Origin: Candidatus Hydrogenedentota bacterium
Lineage (GTDB): Bacteria > Hydrogenedentota > Hydrogenedentia > Hydrogenedentales > SLHB01
Assembly (NCBI GenBank): GCA_045863335.1
Contig: BTVY01000041.1
Location: 16,446-67,914, forward strand
Length of the DNA stretch: 51,469 nt
Reading direction: 5' to 3'
Part shown: positions 1-9,628 of the stretch, piece by piece
Position numbering within the stretch: the first letter of the stretch is position 1
How the letters are laid out: each line of letters opens with the position of its first letter
The notes under the pieces: generated by a model
Seen by the model: only the letters and a program-made list of their open reading frames with translations
Database searches by the model: none
Told to the model about the DNA's origin: nothing
Translations under genes and position numbers: made by a program

Positions 1-33
1 AATTTTGATTTGGGGTTTTCCACCACCGGTTAA

Positions 34-960
34 AACCACGACTCGTTTTCTTCCTTTGAGCGGGTGCTCATCGATGTCCCTGCCCAATCGCGGGCGCGGC
101 GTGTAATTGCGGAACAGGTCGTGCTACCGGGCGCCGCCGCGAGGGCCGGAATCGACATACTTTATTCGCCGGGATACACGCTTCCGCTTCGCGCGCCGTG
201 CCCCCAAGTCGTCACCATTCATGATACGCAGTTCCTGGATCATCCGCCGGATTTTCCGTGGTTGTCGCGGCAGGTCCAGCGCGTGCTGGTCGGCCGCGGC
301 GCCCGTGTGGCGCGAGCCATTGCCACGGTGTCCTCCTTTTCTCGGGGCCGGATCGCCCGGTATTTCGGCGTGCCGGAGGAGAAGATCTTCGTCGCCCATT
401 CGGCGTTGTCGGGACTTTTCGAAATCCCGCGATCGTGCCCGGTGGACAAGCCGTATCTGCTCTACATCGCGAATACCTACCCCCACAAGAACGCGCCACG
501 CCTTGTGCGAGCCTTCGCCGAGATCGCGGATCAACTACCCCATCGCCTCGTAATCTGCGGGCAGCCGCGCGAGGGAGAGCCGCCGCCCCATCCCCGAGTG
601 GACCGCATCCACCACATCCCGTATGAACAACTGATTGGTCTCGTGCAAGGCGCCGATCTCATGGTCTTTCCTTCGCTATATGAAGGATTTGGGCGGCCCG
701 TAGTGGAAGCGCAAGAGGCGGGAACGCGTGTCATCGCGGCGAACAATGCATCGATACCAGAGATCGGAGGGGATGGCGCGAGTTACTTCGACGCCACGAC
801 GGAAGAGAGCATTGGAGAGGCAATCCTGGCGGCGCTTTCCGAATCCGTAGATGAGCGCCACCGGTACCTTGACGCCGGGCGGAGGAACGCGAAGCGATTC
901 ACGTGGGAGGCGTGCGCCCGTCAGACGCTCGCGGCGTTCCGTCACGCGCTGGGATCGTGA
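34..960 (+). CDS. GT4 (GT-B fold) glycosyltransferase, 5'-truncated at window start
   Basis: VVTIHD, YPHKN and FPSLYEGFGRPVVEA motifs plus C-terminal FTWE..A. The frame is open from 34 (NHDSFSSFERV...) but a TAA at 31-33 precedes it and the usual N-terminus is missing. Confidence 0.88.
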   Translation, partial: NHDSFSSFERVLIDVPAQSRARRVIAEQVVLPGAAARAGIDILYSPGYTLPLRAPCPQVVTIHDTQFLDHPPDFPWLSRQVQRVLVGRGARVARAIATVSSFSRGRIARYFGVPEEKIFVAHSALSGLFEIPRSCPVDKPYLLYIANTYPHKNAPRLVRAFAEIADQLPHRLVICGQPREGEPPPHPRVDRIHHIPYEQLIGLVQGADLMVFPSLYEGFGRPVVEAQEAGTRVIAANNASIPEIGGDGASYFDATTEESIGEAILAALSESVDERHRYLDAGRRNAKRFTWEACARQTLAAFRHALGS

Positions 961-990
961 TGGGCCAACCGCGCGTTGTGGCGTTGCGAT

Positions 991-1929
991 TTACTCGCCG
1001 CTGATCTCATGCCAGGCCCGGTCGGCTTTTTCTGTGAGTTCCTTTTCGTTGCGGATCCAGGGCGTGCGCGCATTTTGGATGAGACCCGAATAGAACAGAA
1101 ACAGGCGGCCGTCCGTAATCGTATAGTTTCGCGGGTCGACCTCAACCATATCACCGCCGGCCATGGCGGTCGCACACCAACCGCCATATTCGGGCAAGTA
1201 TTTCTCCGGGTCTTCTGCGAAGGCGTTCCGGTTCTCCTCCGACTCGAAAAGATATGTTGCGCCGGCGTACTGTTCGGAGAGCGCCGGGTCACCCATCTCC
1301 GGTCCGTCGCGGAAATAGCTGACGGGATCGAATCCGTTTAACGCCGGTTCTCCGTCGACCAAGTTGTAATGGTGCCGCGTGCGCCACCGGCGAAGTTCCG
1401 CGATTTTGGATTTGAAATCATCGAAGGAGTAGCGGTCCCGGGTGTCCTTCCCCACGTGACGAAAGACCTCCTTGCCATCGGAGTCCAACACGATCAACGC
1501 CGGGTAGTGGACGACCTCGCCGTGGAATTCGTACCCGTCCGGAATTCCGAAGGCTTCCGCAAGTTGCGCGTCCGGGTCCTGGTAGATTGTCGGCGCAGGA
1601 GGCGCATCGGGACTCGCGGGTTTCAGACCATCAGCCCAGGCTACAGTGGCTTCCTCGGGGTCCGGTTTGAGGAACACATGCGTGACTCCCGGGACCTCAC
1701 CCGCCCTGGCTGCGTAGTCGCGGGTGGTGCGAAGACAGATTGGACAGTCCGTCTTCAGCAGGAAATGGAGCGCAACATAGTCGGACTTCGCGTCCGACAA
1801 CCGAAATACGTTGTCGCCACCGGCTTCGTAGACCGTGAAGTCCGCAGGCGGGTCGGCCTCGACGATGCCACTGGCCATAAGCCCTGCGGCCAGCGTTCCA
1901 AGGAAGGTAAGCGGCAACGCTCGATGCAT
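991..1929 (-). CDS. Secreted thioredoxin/peroxiredoxin-like (CPIC) domain fused to a YHS-type domain
   Basis: ATG at 1929 preceded by GGGAGG. Signal peptide MHRALPLTFLGTLAAG..., TDCPIC motif, YPALIVLDSDGKEVF, then GFDPVSYF...YLFESEENR...PEKYLPEYGGWCA. Confidence 0.8.
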   Translation of the reverse strand: MHRALPLTFLGTLAAGLMASGIVEADPPADFTVYEAGGDNVFRLSDAKSDYVALHFLLKTDCPICLRTTRDYAARAGEVPGVTHVFLKPDPEEATVAWADGLKPASPDAPPAPTIYQDPDAQLAEAFGIPDGYEFHGEVVHYPALIVLDSDGKEVFRHVGKDTRDRYSFDDFKSKIAELRRWRTRHHYNLVDGEPALNGFDPVSYFRDGPEMGDPALSEQYAGATYLFESEENRNAFAEDPEKYLPEYGGWCATAMAGGDMVEVDPRNYTITDGRLFLFYSGLIQNARTPWIRNEKELTEKADRAWHEISGE

Positions 1930-1955
1930 CGTAGTTCCTCCCGTGCGGGGCGGCC

Positions 1956-3893
1956 TCAATCCATGAAATGGTCGACGGCCACCCGCAGTGCTTCTGCGAC
2001 GGATATCGCCTGAAACGGACACCCTCTTGGACGGTGCGGTGCTTCCCCGTCGGCCATTTCTGACAGGTGCCCGATTCCCGCGCGTTCCAGGTGTGCCTCG
2101 ATCGGTGGAAGAAACCGGGTACGAGCATCCTCCCGGGCCTTGTCATCTCCACCGCGGACGCGTATCCACGCATCGATAAAGGGACCCAAAAGCCACGGCC
2201 ATACCGTGCCTTGATGGCATGCGCCATCCCGATCGACGACTCCGCCTTCGTAGTGCCCGCGATAGCCGGGATCGGCCGCCGCCAAGGTGCGGATGCCCAT
2301 GGGCGTGTATAGATGGGACTCCACTGCATCCACGACCGCCCGAGCTGGATCACCCTCGAGGAGCGGAAACGGAAGCCCGCCAACGGCGAGGATCTGATTT
2401 GGCCGGAACGCGGCATCCGTCGTACCCGGGCGATGGTCCACGTCCACCACGTCGTAAAGGCGCCCCAGCGCACTGTTCCAGAACCGTTCCCGGAACGCAT
2501 CGAGACCTCGTTTGTACACGGCGCCCCACTCGTCTTCGAATTCGCTCAACATTCGCAAGGCGTTGAGCCAAAGCGCCTGCACTTCGACGGCTTTGCCGAC
2601 GCGTGGCGTCACGACCCAATCGTCCACCTTTGCATCCATCCACGTCAGTTGCAGACCCGGCCCGCCGGCGGCGAGCAGCGCGTCGGCGTCCATGTGAATA
2701 CCGTAGCGCGTCCCGTCGGCATATGCGGCAACCACCTCGTGCATGGCTTTCTGGATCGTCGTTCGTATTTCCTCCGGAAGTGCCGGCTTGGAGGACTTCG
2801 CCTGCTCCAGGAACTCGTGGGCGGCGACGACGTACCATAGCGAAGCGTCCACCGAATTGAACTCCGGAGGCACGCCCGGTTCCGGGTAAACGTTCGGAAG
2901 CATGCCTCCATCGATAGCCGGAGCCCAATCCAACAGAATGCGTTTTGCTTCCTCCATGCGGCCGGTACGGATGCACAGCCCGCGCAGTGAAACAAAGGTA
3001 TCTCGGCTCCATTCCTGGTACCAGGGATAGCCCGCCACAATTGCGTTGCCCGACCCGCGCCGAACCACGTAGGCGTCTCCCGCCTGGTGCAATACGCTGG
3101 GGAACGCGTTGCGCCGGTCCCGTTCCGCCGAGCGCAACCGGTCGACGACCTTTGCAGTGGACGCACCCTGTGCGCCGAATACTGCCTCGTGGCCCTCCGC
3201 GGCAACCATCCAAATTGCTTCACCCTGGCTCAAATCCCAGCGAAAGGCGCCAGGGGATGCGAGATCCTCCAGATAGTCCAAGCCGCGGTCCCGCTCCTCT
3301 TCATACAAGAAGCTCCGGTACCACTCCTCTTCATGGACATACTCGCCATTGGTGAGGGACACGATCGCCGGCTTATCGGGGTACGGTCTCCAAATCACGC
3401 GCCCCTCTAATAAGGAGAGGTCGAATCGAAAGGCGGCATTTTCCCGGTGCAACTGATGAAAGTCCCGGCCGGAAATGTAAGGCCGGACAGACAACACGCA
3501 ACCCTCGGCATCGCCCAGTACGCGCCAAGTCAGGATGCAGGCTGAATGACCGTGCGGTACGAAAAGTTGATGCTCCACGCAAGTGCCATCCGCAAGGCGA
3601 AATTGCCATCGGGGCCATGGATCTGCTTCGAAGGCGTCAATCCGGTCCCAGGCGTGGGGATGGACGACTCCGGGATCGTAGACTTGGGAGGTGATCGGGA
3701 AGTTGCCCTGAGGTGTGTCCAACCAGGCATCGAAGCCGTTTACCAGCGCCAGTCGGCGATAACCCGGAGAGGCCACGGTTAAGAGGGCGGCGTGATACCG
3801 CCTCGTGCGGATAGCACTGACGGTCCCGGAGGCGAATCCGCCGAGACCATCGGTTTCGAGCCACTCGTCGTGGGTATTCAATTGCGCGGGCAT
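1956..3893 (-). CDS. Glycogen debranching enzyme / amylo-alpha-1,6-glucosidase
   Basis: EWLETDGLGGFASGT, RRYH, AGYPW..WSRDT, NSVDASLW, LTWMDAK, RPNQ and HQGTVWPWL motifs. Confidence 0.93.
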   Translation of the reverse strand: MPAQLNTHDEWLETDGLGGFASGTVSAIRTRRYHAALLTVASPGYRRLALVNGFDAWLDTPQGNFPITSQVYDPGVVHPHAWDRIDAFEADPWPRWQFRLADGTCVEHQLFVPHGHSACILTWRVLGDAEGCVLSVRPYISGRDFHQLHRENAAFRFDLSLLEGRVIWRPYPDKPAIVSLTNGEYVHEEEWYRSFLYEEERDRGLDYLEDLASPGAFRWDLSQGEAIWMVAAEGHEAVFGAQGASTAKVVDRLRSAERDRRNAFPSVLHQAGDAYVVRRGSGNAIVAGYPWYQEWSRDTFVSLRGLCIRTGRMEEAKRILLDWAPAIDGGMLPNVYPEPGVPPEFNSVDASLWYVVAAHEFLEQAKSSKPALPEEIRTTIQKAMHEVVAAYADGTRYGIHMDADALLAAGGPGLQLTWMDAKVDDWVVTPRVGKAVEVQALWLNALRMLSEFEDEWGAVYKRGLDAFRERFWNSALGRLYDVVDVDHRPGTTDAAFRPNQILAVGGLPFPLLEGDPARAVVDAVESHLYTPMGIRTLAAADPGYRGHYEGGVVDRDGACHQGTVWPWLLGPFIDAWIRVRGGDDKAREDARTRFLPPIEAHLERAGIGHLSEMADGEAPHRPRGCPFQAISVAEALRVAVDHFMD

Positions 3894-4065
3894 ACTGTCT
3901 CCACCGCCGGCCAGACAAGCTGATCGGCTCTCATGTATTCTGCTGGAAGAGATTTAGAAGTCAGCGGCGGCCGGGAAGGGCCACGGCCGATTATTCCAGA
4001 TACGTAGAATCTGATGGGGCGATTCCAAAGGATGCCCGGCAACTCCGGCCGCGGGCGACACCCTG

Positions 4066-4521
4066 TCAGCGGCTCATCGTGGAATGCGTATCGCTCCCGC
4101 GCGCAATTTGCTTGAAATAGACGATTTCGGGATCTTCCTCGTCCAGGTTTTCGATGTTGCCGCTCCGGATGAACCCGAGGGATTCACAAAGCCGCTGCAT
4201 TTCCATGTTGGATTCATTGGCCGACGTGAACAGCTTGTCAGTCGGCGCGATACTCTCGGCATATTCCACCAGCGCCGACGCGATGCCCTCTCTGCGGCGG
4301 CCCGGATGAACGATGAGAAACGAGATAAACGCGTGACCGTAGAACGTTTCTTCAAGCACCATGAAGCCCACGTGCTCGTCGTCAATGGATGCTTTGTAAC
4401 AATGCCCGGATGCAATTGCGCCGGACAGAAAGCTGCGACGCTCGCTACTGCCAATGACCAGCCGGTCGATCGCGCACAGCGCGTTGAGATCGGACTCGGT
4501 TGCTTCTGCCACGTGGACCAT
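4066..4521 (-). CDS. GNAT family N-acetyltransferase
   Basis: Acetyl-CoA motif A LIVHPGRRREGIASAL and N..MQRLCESLGF; 151 aa. Confidence 0.88.
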   Translation of the reverse strand: MVHVAEATESDLNALCAIDRLVIGSSERRSFLSGAIASGHCYKASIDDEHVGFMVLEETFYGHAFISFLIVHPGRRREGIASALVEYAESIAPTDKLFTSANESNMEMQRLCESLGFIRSGNIENLDEEDPEIVYFKQIARGSDTHSTMSR

Positions 4522-4527
4522 GCTTAT

Positions 4528-4533
4528 AGTCTA
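4528..4533 (-). promoter_or_regulatory. Putative -10 element (TAGACT) 6 nt upstream of GNAT ATG
   Basis: Minus strand reads TAGACT-ATAAGC-ATG; no SD sequence. Confidence 0.4.
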
Positions 4534-4594
4534 AACCCTACAATGGGCTGATTCCAAGCAGGAAGTTCACCGCCCGGCCGGGGAAGCAACCGCA

Positions 4595-4603
4595 TGGTAT
4601 ACT
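4595..4603 (+). promoter_or_regulatory. Putative extended -10 promoter (TGGTATACT) 6 nt upstream of ATG 4610
   Basis: TGnTATACT-CGTGCC-ATG, with no SD; leaderless geometry. Confidence 0.5.
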
Positions 4604-4609
4604 CGTGCC

Positions 4610-5890
4610 ATGAAAACTTGGATCCAGTATGTCCCCAGGTTGGCCAGCGCCGCGGCGGGGGCGATCTTGCGGGTCGCGAAGCCCTCGCCCCGGCACGAGC
4701 AGGATCGTCAGGTTCGTGTGATGTCGCGACTGGTGATTGCGGGCCTGGGCGTCCTTGCAGCCGTATCCGCGTCGCTGGTTTCGTATGTGCCGAGCAGCGC
4801 GGAGTTTTTCTATGTGGCGAGCTTGGGGCGCTATGTGAATTTGGCCCTTTCCACCATTTCGGGTTTGGTGCGATTTAGTCTGGTGGAATTCACTTTGGTG
4901 GGATTTGTTCTCTGGTTTCTCCGTCCGGGAATTCCGGCGTTGCGACATGTCGCCCAAGGCCGCCGCCGGGCTTCGAACGCCCTTCTTGGAGGTCTTCTTC
5001 GCACCGGAGCCACTGCGGGGACGGTCTTGATTGCCTTCTATGTGCTGTGGGGGTTTAACTACGCCAGACCCGACCTGATAGCCCGGATGGGGTGGGATTC
5101 GCTGGAGCAGGATGGTCCGGACTCCGGTTGGAACACGCTGGAAGATTCGGAGCTGATTCGTCTATGCAGCGAACTGGTCGATATGACGAACTTCTGCTAT
5201 ATCGAAGCCACCGGCACGACCGATCTGGGTATGCCCAGCATGCCTCAAGCGCCGCTATCCACGATCGACAAGGAATTGGACGACGCCTTTGCGGCCGTTG
5301 CGAGGGAGTTGAGTTTACCACCCGTTTTTGCGGAGCGCCGTGGTCCCGCCAAGCCCATACTTGGCTCGCCGATCATGAGTGCGCTGGGCATCGCGGGCTT
5401 CTACTTTCCCTACACGGGCGAGGCCAATTTCAATCAGCAGGCGCCCCACTGCCAGCGCCCACACACCATCGCGCACGAGAAGGCGCACCAACGCGGCATT
5501 ACCGGCGAGGACGAGGCGAATTTTCTGGGGTTCCTGGCATGTGCGAATAGCGCGGATCCGTACACACGATACTCGGGCTACTTGTTCGCGCAACGCCAAC
5601 TCTTCACGGAACTTGTCTTGCGCGACCGGGACGTTGCGATGGTCTTGTTGCACCGCCGCCTGCCTGGCGTGCAGCGGGATGTGGACTGGCTTCGTTCGTT
5701 CTGGGATGGATACAGGGGCGCGCCGCGCTCTGTCAGCCTGGCGATGAACAACGTCTACCTCAAGGCGAACCATGTGGAAGGCGGGCTGAGTTCGTATCAC
5801 CGGAGCGCGCAGCTGCTGGTGTTGTATGCCCGGCACAAAGGCGGCTCTTGCCTCGTTCGTGTCCAGCCGGCCTCCGCGTCAACCACCTGA
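4610..5890 (+). CDS. DUF3810-family membrane protein with zincin-like HExxH motif
   Basis: N-terminal TM helices, LWGFNYAR, GFYFPYTGEANFN and TIAHEKAHQRGITGEDEANF. Confidence 0.85.
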   Translation: MKTWIQYVPRLASAAAGAILRVAKPSPRHEQDRQVRVMSRLVIAGLGVLAAVSASLVSYVPSSAEFFYVASLGRYVNLALSTISGLVRFSLVEFTLVGFVLWFLRPGIPALRHVAQGRRRASNALLGGLLRTGATAGTVLIAFYVLWGFNYARPDLIARMGWDSLEQDGPDSGWNTLEDSELIRLCSELVDMTNFCYIEATGTTDLGMPSMPQAPLSTIDKELDDAFAAVARELSLPPVFAERRGPAKPILGSPIMSALGIAGFYFPYTGEANFNQQAPHCQRPHTIAHEKAHQRGITGEDEANFLGFLACANSADPYTRYSGYLFAQRQLFTELVLRDRDVAMVLLHRRLPGVQRDVDWLRSFWDGYRGAPRSVSLAMNNVYLKANHVEGGLSSYHRSAQLLVLYARHKGGSCLVRVQPASASTT

Positions 5891-6040
5891 TGAATCCGCC
5901 AAGGTAATGCGAACACGTTCGCCGGAATTCTTCGTCGGCTTTTCTCACCGCCTCCTGGGGTACTTGGTATAGGCGGAACGCGTTGTAACAGTGACAAAAG
6001 CGGGTTGGTTCTCCCGTTCCGAAAGCGGTGAAAAGCGTAC

Positions 6041-6070
6041 GGCCGTGTCCGCAGCGGAACGGACACGGCC
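6041..6070. terminator. Perfect 11-bp inverted repeat (terminator-like hairpin)
   Basis: GGCCGTGTCCG-N8-CGGACACGGCC; no immediate U-tract on either strand. Confidence 0.45.
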
Positions 6071-6403
6071 ACTCATCAGAGGAGGGGGATCCTCGGGATG
6101 GGCAATCCGTGATACGTCTGACGCTTACGGCGATTTCGCCGCCGGCGTCTATCTACTCTACCGGCCAGCGTGCGCGTTGTTACTCGGCCAAATGCCCGAT
6201 CCTCATCGTTTTCCGCACTAATGGACTTATCGTCGGCGCCTAATGCGCTGCTAACAACCCGGATTCATACTTCGCGTCAACAGAGACGCCATCCCACACG
6301 GGCTTTCGTGACCGCAAATCCGCCACATCCAAGTGCTCCGACCAGGTCACGGAAGCCCGCGTCCTCTGGCGCACCGGAAGTATGGGAACAGGAAAGGCAA
6401 TCG

Positions 6404-6673
6404 ATGTGTCTGGCTAAGTCACAGAAGACTTCGGAGTCCAGCGTCCACATCGAAGGAACGTTTGCGGTCGCTCCGATTTCTCAAGGTATCCAGCCAAAAC
6501 GCGTGTATGAGCATTTCGGCTTGTGGTGGGTGTTTCGGGCGTCGACACCACCGGGAGAATCGCCGAGGCTGGGCCCATTTCAGGATCGTGACGCTGCGGA
6601 ACGCGCGCTGGATGGATTCTGTCGTACGATGCTTATCACGAGAACCCAGGATTCGCGCGCTCCGGGCCACTAG
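6404..6673 (+). CDS. Small hypothetical protein (89 aa), C-terminal GPF..R.AAE.AL motif
   Basis: ATG 6404 preceded by AGGAAAGG. RVYEHFGLWWVFR...LGPFQDRDAAERAL resembles DUF6316-type small domains (from recall). Confidence 0.5.
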   Translation: MCLAKSQKTSESSVHIEGTFAVAPISQGIQPKRVYEHFGLWWVFRASTPPGESPRLGPFQDRDAAERALDGFCRTMLITRTQDSRAPGH

Positions 6674-6685
6674 CCAATACCGGAG

Positions 6686-8059
6686 CTACTCGAGTCCGTA
6701 CTTCCGAATCTTATATTGCAGCGTCGTGCGTTTGAGGCCCAGATGCTCCGCAGCTTTGGTCTTGTTCCAGTGAAACCGTTCCAACGCCGCGGCGATCATC
6801 TGACTTTCGAGTTGATCGGTCCGTTGGGCCAGAGACGCGGCTTCTGGAATGCCCGCAGCGACGCCAGCCGGTGTGGCAGGCTCCGGTTCTTCCTGCCGGA
6901 AGAACATCTCAGGTGGTATTTCCGCTCGGGTGATGGAGTCGCCTTCCGCCAATACCACGGCACGTTCCAGCACGTTCTCCAATTCACGCACATTCCCGGG
7001 CCAGGGGTACCGCATGAAGAAACTCAAGACGTCATCTTCGACGGAAAGGACATCCTTTCCCTGTTCCCGGCTGAAGCGGTTGAGGAAATGGTCGATCAGC
7101 GCGGGAATGTCGTCCGCACGGTTGCGGAGCGGCTCCACGTTCAGCGAGAACACGTTCAGGCGGTAATAGAAATCCTCCCGGAACGTGCCCGCAAGGATGG
7201 CTTCCCGAAGGTCCCGGTTTGTCGCCGCGACGATGCGTACATCGACCTTAATCGGCATCACACCGCCGACCCGTTCAAATTCGCCCTCCTGCAATACGCG
7301 CAGGAGCTTGGTTTGAATGTTGGGATCGATTTCGCCTACCTCGTCCAGAAATAGAGTGCCCGTGTGGGCGCGTTCGAAGCGGCCGATCCGCTGGCGATCC
7401 GCCCCCGTGAAGGCCCCGCGTTCATGACCAAACAGCTCGCTTTCGAGCACACCGGGGGCTAAGGCTGCGCAGTTGAGCGCGACAAACGGAAGATCCTTTC
7501 GCGGACTTGAATCATGGATGGCGCGGGCGACCAGTTCTTTGCCGGTTCCGCTTGGACCCGTGATGAGAACGGAACTTCGGCTGGGACCAATCTTCTGAAT
7601 CATCTTCAGCAGGCTGCGAGTCTGCGCGCTGTCGCCCACCATTCGGCGCGAATCCGAGGTGCCCGCGGCTGGCTTCTGCGGTCGCGCGCCCCCGACGATT
7701 TTCTCGACCTTGAGTTCGATTTCTTTGAGCTTGAAGGGTTTGGCGATAAAATCCCGAGCGCCGAGCCGCATGGCTTCCACGGCCGTTTCGATGGTCCCGT
7801 AGGCCGTCAGCATGATGACGGGGCTATCGAAGGCGGATGCCCTCGCTGCGCGTAGTACGGCAATGCCGTCTTTCTCTGGCATTTTCAGGTCGGTAATGAC
7901 CACGTCAAACCGGCGCGCATCCAGAAGCTCGATGGCTTTCGCCCCATTGGATACCGCAGATACGGTGAACTTGTCTTTGAATGCCTCTGCGAGAACGTCG
8001 CGGATACCCGCTTCGTCGTCGACGACGAGCATGCTGGGTTTTCGTGATTGCGTTTCCAC
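6686..8059 (-). CDS. Sigma-54-dependent response regulator (NtrC/AtoC family: REC-AAA+-Fis HTH)
   Basis: VVDDE and ITDLKMP receiver motifs; GPSGTGKE, ESELFGHERGAFTGA, LFLDEV, WPGNVRELEN; C-terminal NKTKAAEHLGLKRTTLQYK. Confidence 0.96.
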   Translation of the reverse strand: METQSRKPSMLVVDDEAGIRDVLAEAFKDKFTVSAVSNGAKAIELLDARRFDVVITDLKMPEKDGIAVLRAARASAFDSPVIMLTAYGTIETAVEAMRLGARDFIAKPFKLKEIELKVEKIVGGARPQKPAAGTSDSRRMVGDSAQTRSLLKMIQKIGPSRSSVLITGPSGTGKELVARAIHDSSPRKDLPFVALNCAALAPGVLESELFGHERGAFTGADRQRIGRFERAHTGTLFLDEVGEIDPNIQTKLLRVLQEGEFERVGGVMPIKVDVRIVAATNRDLREAILAGTFREDFYYRLNVFSLNVEPLRNRADDIPALIDHFLNRFSREQGKDVLSVEDDVLSFFMRYPWPGNVRELENVLERAVVLAEGDSITRAEIPPEMFFRQEEPEPATPAGVAAGIPEAASLAQRTDQLESQMIAAALERFHWNKTKAAEHLGLKRTTLQYKIRKYGLE

Positions 8060-8153
8060 CCTGGTAATTCCTCAGGTCCCCGTTGCCAGCATGACTCTAC
8101 CACCGGCGCATCGAACCGTCAAACCTCGCAGGGCGGCGGTAAGCGCCGCTGGC

Positions 8154-8501
8154 TCAATCGTTGAAGAGGTTCTTAAAGGTGTCCAGTTGATCCGGCGGTG
8201 CTGCGTCGGAAGCATCCCCGAAAAGGCTGTCCAGCTTCCGGCGCGCTGCAGTCGATTGATCGCTGGACGCTTTCTCGGCCCGAGTATCCCGGAATTCGAA
8301 CTCGTCGCAGAAGTTCGCGCCGGCCCGATCCCCGACCCAATCGGTGGTCGGTATGGCGCATTGATTGTGAACAGAGGGATCGTGAAACCGGCAGTTCAGG
8401 CAACAGTGCAAATAGGCCGAGCACTGTTCACAGAACTCCTTAACGCCCGGTACCTTCTTTTCGCTTTCCCAGGGGTGTCCGCATCGGTGGCACGTCCGCA
8501 T
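8154..8501 (-). CDS. Cys-rich putative Zn/Fe-S binding hypothetical protein
   Basis: ATG 8501 with GGGAG upstream; CHRC...CEQC..LHCCLNCRF...NQC...ANFCDEF. Confidence 0.78.
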   Translation of the reverse strand: MRTCHRCGHPWESEKKVPGVKEFCEQCSAYLHCCLNCRFHDPSVHNQCAIPTTDWVGDRAGANFCDEFEFRDTRAEKASSDQSTAARRKLDSLFGDASDAAPPDQLDTFKNLFND

Positions 8502-8663
8502 AGCACCAATCTCCCTGCGTCCTCCAACTGACTCCAATTATCTCAGCGTATGCGGATGTCGCCTCCAGTGTCAACGCCAGCGGGCGAACGCTTGCTTGGA
8601 TTCACGGCTGTAGTATCCGTTACAATTCGGCCCGTGGCCCAACCCGAATGATTGGAGGATTTC

Positions 8664-8918
8664 ATGGTCGACCCCGAACTCCTGAATATACTCGTCTGCC
8701 CGGAGAACAAGACGCCGGTCAGCGAAGCCGATTCGGAACTCGTGGCCAAGATTAACGCCGCGATTGAGTCCGGCACGCTGAAGAACCGCGCCGGCGAGCA
8801 GGTGCAGGAACACATCGACGGGGGACTGGTTCGTGAAGACCGGCAGTATCTATATCCTGTTCGCGACGATATCCCGATCATGCTCATCGACGAAGCCATT
8901 CCACTCGAGAATCTGTAG
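8664..8918 (+). CDS. Trm112-like protein (long form)
   Basis: GGAGG RBS then ATG 8664; LLNILVCP..K...YPVRDDIPIMLIDEA. Confidence 0.88.
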   Translation: MVDPELLNILVCPENKTPVSEADSELVAKINAAIESGTLKNRAGEQVQEHIDGGLVREDRQYLYPVRDDIPIMLIDEAIPLENL

Positions 8919-8929
8919 TGGCGTCCGGT

Positions 8930-9562
8930 CTATCGCGATAAGCGTCTGCGCTGGAGTCCCTCCAATTTCGCGATAAACGCGGTCGCGCGATCCTGCATTT
9001 CCGAGGCGAGGTCGTCGGCGCGGCGCGTGAACCAACTGTGCCCCGCCACCGCAGGAATCGCGACGCACAACCCCGTAACGGTCGTCACAAGCGCTTTGGA
9101 AATTCCGTCAGAAAGCACTTGGGGATTGCCCAATCCCTGTGTGGTGATGGCGTTGAACACGGCGATCATGCCCAGTACCGTGCCGAGAAGTCCCAGCAGA
9201 GGGCTCACTCCCGCGATAATCTCGAGCAGCGTCAATCCCCGCTCCAGAACGGTCATTTGATTACGGCCCGTGGCGTGCATCCCTTCGATAATTTGCGTGT
9301 GATCCAGGTGGCGCGACTTGAGGATTTCTTCCACGATTCGCGCGAAAGGTCCGCGTGCTTTCCGGCAGGCGAGAATGGCCTCGTCGTCGGCCGTGGTCCC
9401 CGAATACTGATCGACGACGCGCAGCACCGCGGGGTCAATGATTGCAGAACGCCGCAACGCGATCGCCCGTTCAATAATGATGGCCAAACCTAACAGCGAA
9501 CAGATGCCTAGGGGAACCATGGTCCAGCCCCCCTGCCGGATCATTTCAAACGTGTCAAACAC
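8930..9562 (-). CDS. MotA/TolQ/ExbB proton channel family protein
   Basis: GGWTMVPL TM1; SPLLGLLGTVLGMIAVF; GISKALVTTVTGLCVAIP. Confidence 0.92.
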   Translation of the reverse strand: MFDTFEMIRQGGWTMVPLGICSLLGLAIIIERAIALRRSAIIDPAVLRVVDQYSGTTADDEAILACRKARGPFARIVEEILKSRHLDHTQIIEGMHATGRNQMTVLERGLTLLEIIAGVSPLLGLLGTVLGMIAVFNAITTQGLGNPQVLSDGISKALVTTVTGLCVAIPAVAGHSWFTRRADDLASEMQDRATAFIAKLEGLQRRRLSR

Positions 9563-9628
9563 GGTAACTATCTCCTTATCATTCGCGCGGACTGACGGAT
9601 GGCCCGCTACCTTACACTCCGGTGCAGC

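Noticed and set aside
991-1380. Selenoprotein in the YHS domain
   Set aside because: The GGWC position is a Cys codon and there is no internal in-frame TGA.
6030-6080. Hammerhead-like CUGAUGAG followed by a stem on the minus strand
   Set aside because: The stem is followed by GUAC rather than the required GAAA, and I could not build stems I and III.
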